Shown piece after piece: positions 14,982-20,000 of a stretch of DNA of 20,000 bases. The notes beneath the pieces were generated by a model. That model was not told the origin of the DNA. It was given only the letters and a program-made list of their open reading frames with translations, and ran no database searches. This DNA comes from an uncultured virus (IMG/VR IMGVR_UViG_3300047554_000629) (taxonomy: Duplodnaviria > Heunggongvirae > Uroviricota > Caudoviricetes), in the IMG/VR virus record IMGVR_UViG_3300047554_000629, positions 51,779 to 71,778 of that record; one strand, 5' to 3'. The position numbers and the translations under genes are program-made. Every line of letters starts with the position of its first letter. The stretch's first letter is position 1.

Positions 14982-15412
14982 TTGACCTCCACAGAGACTC
15001 CATACGGCAGAATGAAATACGGACTCGGCGGCGTCTGAACCAACTGTTTCTTGATGTCCTTGATGACTTCGTTCAGATCAATGCCGGGCTCTGCCGTGAA
15101 CTCGAAAATCCTCTTGTCCTGCCCAAGCATGATCGCTTTTTGCTTGACGAGCGGCTTCGGCTCGTCAAGCTGAATATCGGCGCATTTTGCGACGATTTCG
15201 GTAATAGGCGCGACTCGCGCCGATTTATCGCCTGTGTTTTCCAGTGTTTTCTCGTGGGTGTCTGAAATCGACTTTGGCTCAGACTTCTTTTCCGCGTCTG
15301 TCGGATGAGCCTTCTTGGGATCAGGCTTTTCGGAAATAGGCGCGAGTTGCGCCGATTTCGAGTCCGGCTTTGCCTCTGTCTTAACTGGGGCTTTTTCAAC
15401 TTCCGTTGCCAC
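14978..15412 (-). CDS. Low-complexity K/E/P-rich protein carrying three palindrome copies
   Basis: RBS AGGAG then GTG 15412. The repeats translate as KSAQLAPIS and KSARVAPIT. Confidence 0.6.
   Translation of the reverse strand: MATEVEKAPVKTEAKPDSKSAQLAPISEKPDPKKAHPTDAEKKSEPKSISDTHEKTLENTGDKSARVAPITEIVAKCADIQLDEPKPLVKQKAIMLGQDKRIFEFTAEPGIDLNEVIKDIKKQLVQTPPSPYFILPYGVSVEVK
15175..15357. repeat. Cluster of three palindrome copies: 15175-15197 (degenerate, inverted), 15203-15225 and 15335-15357
   Basis: TATCGGCGC-ATTTT-GCGACGATT, AATAGGCGC-GACTC-GCGCCGATT and AATAGGCGC-GAGTT-GCGCCGATT, all inside the 14978-15412 CDS. Confidence 0.8.
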
Positions 15413-15419
15413 GGTTCTC

Positions 15420-16172
15420 CTATCCGGCCAATGCTTGTTTGGCCTCTTGGACATACTGCTGGACAAGTTCGACGCTTGCTGAGTTACCGAGAAACTTTTG
15501 AATCTCTTCCGGCTTCTTTGCCGACCTTCCATGAAGCCCTGTCAGCCATTCTATGACAAACCGACCTGGGCCGCGCATAGAGTGAAACTTTTCCGCCATT
15601 GTCTTCGGCTCTTCGTCGGGATTAACAGAAGACAACGTGTTGAGCAAAAAAGAGCTGTAGGCATCATTGACGCAGAAGACTCCGGCCTTCACTAATTCCT
15701 TGCGTTTCCTTGCGAAAGACCGGCGAAACGCCAGCTTGACTCCGCCGTAAGAGTATGACTTCCACGACAGCTTCTTGCCTATTTTGTTTGGCTTCCAATA
15801 CCGAGCGGCATTGATTATGGCATCATGGGCTATGGTGAGAAGGTCTTCTTCGGATAAGATGCCATTGGCAAGTTTCTTGGCGAGCTGTTGGGCCACTGGA
15901 TATGCTTCGGCCACAAGTTCTGACTGCGACTGCGTTAGCTTTGGGGCGCTCTTCTTTTTCCTGAACTCGCTTACGGCTATCAAGTGGACGCCGTTCGCAC
16001 ACGGCCTCTCCACCTTGTCCATGATGATGCCGTATTCCTGGCGAATCTTGCGGACGGTATCCCTTCCTATGCCGAGAAGCCTTCCGGCCCTGGCATGTCC
16101 CTTATGCTTCAGATCGTCTGTTCTCAAGGCAGAAGCAAACGAATCAGTCTGTTCCCTGGTAAATCCGGCCAC
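15420..16172 (-). CDS. Divergent sigma-70-like protein with an extra N-terminal HTH
   Basis: N-terminal ARAGRLLGIGRDTVRKIR. Region-2-like LVAEAYPVAQQLAKK...EEDLLTIAHDAIINAARYWKP...SWKSY. Degenerate region 4 GLHGRSAKKPEEIQKFLG...VELVQQYVQEA. Confidence 0.65.
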   Translation of the reverse strand: MAGFTREQTDSFASALRTDDLKHKGHARAGRLLGIGRDTVRKIRQEYGIIMDKVERPCANGVHLIAVSEFRKKKSAPKLTQSQSELVAEAYPVAQQLAKKLANGILSEEDLLTIAHDAIINAARYWKPNKIGKKLSWKSYSYGGVKLAFRRSFARKRKELVKAGVFCVNDAYSSFLLNTLSSVNPDEEPKTMAEKFHSMRGPGRFVIEWLTGLHGRSAKKPEEIQKFLGNSASVELVQQYVQEAKQALAG

Positions 16173-16389
16173 GCAAACTCCATGCGGCTATGGTAAGTTC
16201 CTTGGCTTTTTCAAACGCTTTGCTTACATCCTTGGCCCCGTAATGCCAATGCCGGTATGCTGCGGCCCTCATGAACTCGTCCACTGACAATTCCAAAGCG
16301 GCAATGTATTTGTCGTTTTCGGCACGAACTTCGTGCAGCTTATGCCGCAAGGCCACGCACTCCGCGCATGGTTCACCGGGTCGAATCAT
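16144..16389 (-). CDS. Hypothetical protein
   Basis: First ORF of the leftward block. CxxC motif and coiled coil. Start uncertain. Confidence 0.45.
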   Translation of the reverse strand: MIRPGEPCAECVALRHKLHEVRAENDKYIAALELSVDEFMRAAAYRHWHYGAKDVSKAFEKAKELTIAAWSLRGRIYQGTD

Positions 16390-16444
16390 AATGCGGAGTC
16401 TATCGCACTCTACCCGTCGTGTCCAGAGAATTTTGAAATACACC

Positions 16445-16472
16445 TAGACGCGGTTCCGAAAAGTGATATGCT
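16445..16472 (+). promoter_or_regulatory. Promoter TAGACG-N16-TATGCT with extended -10 TG for the rightward operon
   Basis: Lies at the strand switch, upstream of RBS CAGGAGAGG and ATG 16537. Confidence 0.55.
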
Positions 16473-16536
16473 ATCGAATAACACTAGCCGCGAAGATCGG
16501 GCAGTTGATTACGATGATTTAACACAGGAGAGGCAC

Positions 16537-17124
16537 ATGGAATGCAGCATTTGCAAAGAGCGAGAACTGAAAGCTGCCGATGAAAAGGCATCCGGCGTTT
16601 GCGGGTTTTGCTCAAGGGAGCAGAAATTCAAGGAGTTTGCGTTGTCTTGTGGGCTAACGCGGTTCCCTGATACACGCGGCGAGCGATATGTCTATTACAC
16701 GAGCGGCAGGATCGCAGGCAAAAAGAGCGAAGAAGTCAGTTTGATCGATGAACTTTGGAACGCTCTGGTGCGATCAAAGGGTGCTTCTAAGGAATTGATG
16801 GTTCCAGTCAAGCGAATGAAGGCGTACTACGTGCGATATGGTGAATTCGTGGAGTGCGAGGTTACGTCAATTGCAGCCCCAGGTCGGTGGGGAAGAGGAC
16901 GAGATTTCTGGGCTGTTGTGAACGGCAATCGAGAAAAGGTCCATGATTACGATTTGAAAGAATTCACCGACAAGAACACGGAGAAGGCCAACAAAATCAA
17001 AGCTCTTGAAAAAGAGTCGGAGAAAATCAGCAATGAAATCGACAAACTAAAAGAGGCCATGACCCCATTCGTCATTCCCAAAGATGTGGAGCGACGCCGA
17101 CATACCTCCAAGAAGCCCGGCTGA
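16537..17124 (+). CDS. Hypothetical protein with N-terminal CxxC...CxxC and C-terminal coiled coil
   Basis: Strong RBS before ATG 16537. The ORF-track start at 16333 is too far upstream. Confidence 0.7.
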   Translation: MECSICKERELKAADEKASGVCGFCSREQKFKEFALSCGLTRFPDTRGERYVYYTSGRIAGKKSEEVSLIDELWNALVRSKGASKELMVPVKRMKAYYVRYGEFVECEVTSIAAPGRWGRGRDFWAVVNGNREKVHDYDLKEFTDKNTEKANKIKALEKESEKISNEIDKLKEAMTPFVIPKDVERRRHTSKKPG

Positions 17125-17181
17125 CGCTGACCGGGATTAGAAACCAGCGCACCGCAGCCGCGTGCGGATAGACGCGGCCTT

Positions 17182-17256
17182 GGGATCGGGCGGGCACGGT
17201 GACACGCGAAAGCATCTGCAGTGCTTTACAACCCGGTTCGACTCCGGGCGATCCAT
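17182..17256 (+). tRNA. Degenerate tRNA-like element (Cys GCA-like, or Ala TGC)
   Basis: Perfect T arm CCCGG-TTCGACT-CCGGG, acceptor GGATCG/CGATCC with a 1-72 mismatch, anticodon arm AAGCA-TCTGCAG-TGCTT, poor D arm. Confidence 0.55.
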
Positions 17257-17292
17257 CTTCCGGCTCACTACTGGACTACAGGAGACAACACT

Positions 17293-17700
17293 ATGACGAT
17301 TTCAAGAGACCAATGGGAATGGTTCGGAGTGAGTGGCCACCATATATGCGGACAATGGTGCAGATTTCATCTTTGTACGTTGGTCGTCAAGTATTTGGTT
17401 TCTTCTGTTGGCGAATACGTACATCCTCGCCACAGCAAAGGGAACGAAAGAAAAGAATCTGAATGGTTGAAAGAAAACTGGCCCGGTGAAGATATTGGAT
17501 GTGACCGAAAATATGAAACGATGGTCTTCATCGCTGGGCCACGATGCGTCAGTAAAGAATGTATGTGCGGAATGCCTTCACTGGAAAGCCCGGTTATCGA
17601 GATTGATTCAGTTGGCTGCAATACGCGCGGCCAAGCATCTAAAAACCATTTGAGCATGTGCGAAAAATGGTCAAAACAAAACAACGCTCCGACACAATGA
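17293..17700 (+). CDS. Conserved phage hypothetical protein
   Basis: RBS CAGGAG. W.WFG..GH.ICG..CRFHLCT...YLVS.VGE and IG..R.YETMVF motifs. Confidence 0.75.
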   Translation: MTISRDQWEWFGVSGHHICGQWCRFHLCTLVVKYLVSSVGEYVHPRHSKGNERKESEWLKENWPGEDIGCDRKYETMVFIAGPRCVSKECMCGMPSLESPVIEIDSVGCNTRGQASKNHLSMCEKWSKQNNAPTQ

Positions 17701-17751
17701 TCAAACTTGAGAATCGTCTAGCCAGTAGCTTTGCGTGCAGGAGATAACGCC

Positions 17752-17949
17752 ATGACATTCGATGAGTGGTTTTGGAGAACACCAGCATATACCGCACGTG
17801 ATTACGAGCCTTGCAAAGCCGCATGGCTCGCATCACGGGAGCAACTTGTCGGCACTGTGTCGCCGACCGGACTAACGCTTGACGGGCATGAGATTGTGCG
17901 GCTAACGCCGGTCCAACCGGACGTGTACCAGATGGAGAAACCGAGATGA
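17752..17949 (+). CDS. Hypothetical protein
   Basis: RBS CAGGAG, MTFDEWF...KAAWLA. Confidence 0.6.
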   Translation: MTFDEWFWRTPAYTARDYEPCKAAWLASREQLVGTVSPTGLTLDGHEIVRLTPVQPDVYQMEKPR

Positions 17950-18224
17950 GTGATGAGTACCGCGTGACAATCTCCACAAAAGACGGCAGCGAGTCAACGA
18001 CACGAAGCGGCGAGTCTGTCGGAGATGCGTTTGCGAGCGCTATGATAGACGCTAAAATTTCGCGCGTGTTTTACGAGCTTGCAATGGCAATCAACAGCGT
18101 TACACGTTGGACTACTGATTGTGATTACGTCTTCCCGCCGCATGAAGCAAAACTGGTAGACGCGGCACACAGTTTGATTCACGAATACAACAAACTTGAA
18201 ACTGGCAAGGGGGAACCGAGATGA
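17946..18224 (+). CDS. Hypothetical protein
   Basis: ATGA-coupled at both ends. Confidence 0.6.
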   Translation: MSDEYRVTISTKDGSESTTRSGESVGDAFASAMIDAKISRVFYELAMAINSVTRWTTDCDYVFPPHEAKLVDAAHSLIHEYNKLETGKGEPR

Positions 18225-18580
18225 ACTTTGGACGATATACAGCATCGGCAGTAGACATGCTCGACTTCTTTGAGCGACAGCAAGAGTGGTCCTACGAGAC
18301 CTTCGGGCCTCCAAGTGTTCGCGGACCCATCGGGCCACTGAAGCACCTTGAGAAAGAGGCCAGAGAAGCATACACCGAAGAAGACCCAGAGAAACGCAAG
18401 GAAGAGATAGCCGACTGTCTCTTCCTTGTCTTCGACGCGGCCCATCGGGCAGGCATGAGCTACGCCGAGCTCTCCATGGTAGCGATGGCCAAGCTGAAGA
18501 AGAACAAGGCCAGGACGTGGCCAGACTGGCGTAACGCTGACCCAAACTCGGCAGTAGAACACGAAAGGGGCAAAGAATGA
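18221..18580 (+). CDS. DUF550 / MazG-like dATP-dGTP pyrophosphohydrolase domain protein
   Basis: WSYETFG...GPIGPLKHLEKEARE...EEIADCLFLVFDAAHRAG...KLKKNKARTWPDW...AVEH. Confidence 0.88.
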   Translation: MNFGRYTASAVDMLDFFERQQEWSYETFGPPSVRGPIGPLKHLEKEAREAYTEEDPEKRKEEIADCLFLVFDAAHRAGMSYAELSMVAMAKLKKNKARTWPDWRNADPNSAVEHERGKE

Positions 18581-18897
18581 ACACGGCAAAGAAGCCTTGG
18601 CCATCGGATGCGGTCATGATCGTGTGTGCCATTCCTGAAAAGGCAAATAAGGCCGCTATGGATTCGGTAAACCAAGGAACATGCAGAGAATGCCTGTGTG
18701 ATGTCCTGTACGATGGCTTCTCTTTCGATAGGGCGTCAAGGATCGCCGACTTGCATAATCGGCCAGTGCGGTTCTTCTGCGAAGAGTGCCACAAGAAATT
18801 CGATATCATGCAATGCGACCTTGTGGAAGATCACACTAGGCACAAAGACGGAATTGTTCTACAGTCAGGAAACTTTGTAAAGGAAGGCAAAGAATGA
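18577..18897 (+). CDS. Zinc-finger hypothetical protein
   Basis: CREC and CEEC motifs, ATGA-coupled. Confidence 0.65.
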   Translation: MNTAKKPWPSDAVMIVCAIPEKANKAAMDSVNQGTCRECLCDVLYDGFSFDRASRIADLHNRPVRFFCEECHKKFDIMQCDLVEDHTRHKDGIVLQSGNFVKEGKE

Positions 18898-19490
18898 ACA
18901 TCAACGAGGCCTATCAGAAAGTCATGGACGCTGTGCTTGAACTAAAGAACATGGGCGTCGAAGTCGCCATCCGGCCATCGCGGAGCAAAAGCAATGCGTC
19001 AGAGAAGTATGTCGGCGAAGAGTTCCTCTCCGTGGACAAGTGGGTCCATGTCGAGTTCCGGCCAAAGAACCAGACCGAGTACGCCTTCGTGTCGGACTAC
19101 AAGAAGCATCTCAACTGGGCTGGAATCACGTTCGACTCAGGCGGCATGGGCAATTGCCGTGACTGGGAAATCGACTGGTCGCTTAGGGCCAATGACGGAC
19201 CGGACGGAGAGGCGCAAGATCGGCAAGAAGCAGTCGAAGAGATCATGAGGCAAGCGTCTGCCGTCAGCTGCGAGTCGACCATAGGCGAAGACCCAGGATC
19301 AAAAATCATCAGATCGGCTTTTGAGGTTCTCAAGTCGGCCATGTCTGAATACCCAGACTACGCCAGGGGATGGCACGATAACATCGCCGTCTGCGCACAA
19401 GACGCCGGACTCGAATACAATGCCTCTCAGAAAGCAGCGGCGGCATTTATGAAGCTCTGCTTCGGTGTTGACACGGCCAAGAAGTCCTAG
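18894..19490 (+). CDS. Hypothetical two-domain protein
   Basis: N-terminal GITFDSG...RDWEIDWS and C-terminal DYARGWHDNIA...AAAAFMKLCFGVDT segments. Confidence 0.7.
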   Translation: MNINEAYQKVMDAVLELKNMGVEVAIRPSRSKSNASEKYVGEEFLSVDKWVHVEFRPKNQTEYAFVSDYKKHLNWAGITFDSGGMGNCRDWEIDWSLRANDGPDGEAQDRQEAVEEIMRQASAVSCESTIGEDPGSKIIRSAFEVLKSAMSEYPDYARGWHDNIAVCAQDAGLEYNASQKAAAAFMKLCFGVDTAKKS

Positions 19491-19498
19491 TCCATACA

Positions 19499-19711
19499 AT
19501 GAGGATCATTGTGAAAACCGAAATTCTGATCCAGGAAGAACTCACGACACTGCTGGCCAATACACTATACGAAGCACTCGGCCCAACGTGCGAATGCCAG
19601 TCTCGAAACGGCCAAACATCGGCCTCATTCGATTGCCTCAACTACGAACAAAAACAAGCGGCCATCGAATACCTCGGCCGACTCGGCATCACCGCAAAGG
19701 AGAAGAAGTAG
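19499..19711 (+). CDS. Hypothetical protein
   Basis: 70-aa ORF whose stop overlaps the next start. Confidence 0.5.
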   Translation: MRIIVKTEILIQEELTTLLANTLYEALGPTCECQSRNGQTSASFDCLNYEQKQAAIEYLGRLGITAKEKK

Positions 19712-19926
19712 TGCCCAGCAAAGACTCGTTCGCCAAACGGCTCCGCAAAGCCATCAAACAACGCGGCATCAGCCAACGTAAACTCGCGCGAGACTCCGGC
19801 CTCGGCCACGCCGACGTGAACCAGTACGCCCAAGGCAAAAAACTACCGTCCGTCCCTTCGCTCTTGCGGCTGGCCAAAACCCTAGAACTACTCCCAGGCG
19901 ATCTTCTGAATGGTCTTGTGGCGTGA
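19711..19926 (+). CDS. XRE/Cro-C1 family HTH transcriptional regulator
   Basis: RBS AAGGAG then GTG 19711. FAKRLRKAIKQRGISQRKLARDSGL...VNQYAQGKKLPSVPSLLRLAKTL. Confidence 0.88.
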   Translation: MPSKDSFAKRLRKAIKQRGISQRKLARDSGLGHADVNQYAQGKKLPSVPSLLRLAKTLELLPGDLLNGLVA

Positions 19927-20000
19927 AAATGGCTACCCCTGGGCTACCCCACCTACTCCCCTGGGCTGAAAACACCCCCGTTTTCGACCCCCTGCCACCC

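Noticed and set aside
18221..18580. Z-genome (2-aminoadenine) system
   Set aside because: No purZ or datZ in this window. DUF550 alone is insufficient.
17994..18809. 271-aa minus-strand ORF
   Set aside because: Antisense to a translationally coupled plus-strand operon that includes DUF550.
19465..19710. N-terminal extension of the XRE HTH in the ORF track
   Set aside because: It overlaps the 19499-19711 gene. The RBS supports a GTG start at 19711.

Overview
This window looks like part of a tailed dsDNA phage or prophage genome. The host is most likely a Planctomycete, an inference from the Planctomycete-type ClpC N-domain and IS remnants. It begins with the 5'-truncated large terminase gene (+). 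A long leftward (-) block follows, containing a DUF1064 nuclease, two sigma-70-like genes, an HTH regulator, an orphan virion-like protein, a small terminase subunit, a ClpC-N-domain fusion and many hypothetical or zinc-finger genes. A rightward (+) operon starts at ~16.5 kb and includes a DUF550 nucleotide pyrophosphohydrolase and an XRE HTH. There is one tRNA-Thr(CGT), one degenerate tRNA-like element, and two decayed IS remnants. The main candidates for novelty are: (1) a ClpC N-terminal domain fused to two tandem copies of a domain that looks capsid-derived; (2) a 23-bp asymmetric palindrome in five copies, four of them inside coding sequence; (3) two ~600-nt promoter-led, hairpin-dense non-coding tracts, one with a convergent antisense promoter; (4) terS and terL uncoupled and convergent. 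All family assignments are by motif recognition from memory. No database searches were run.
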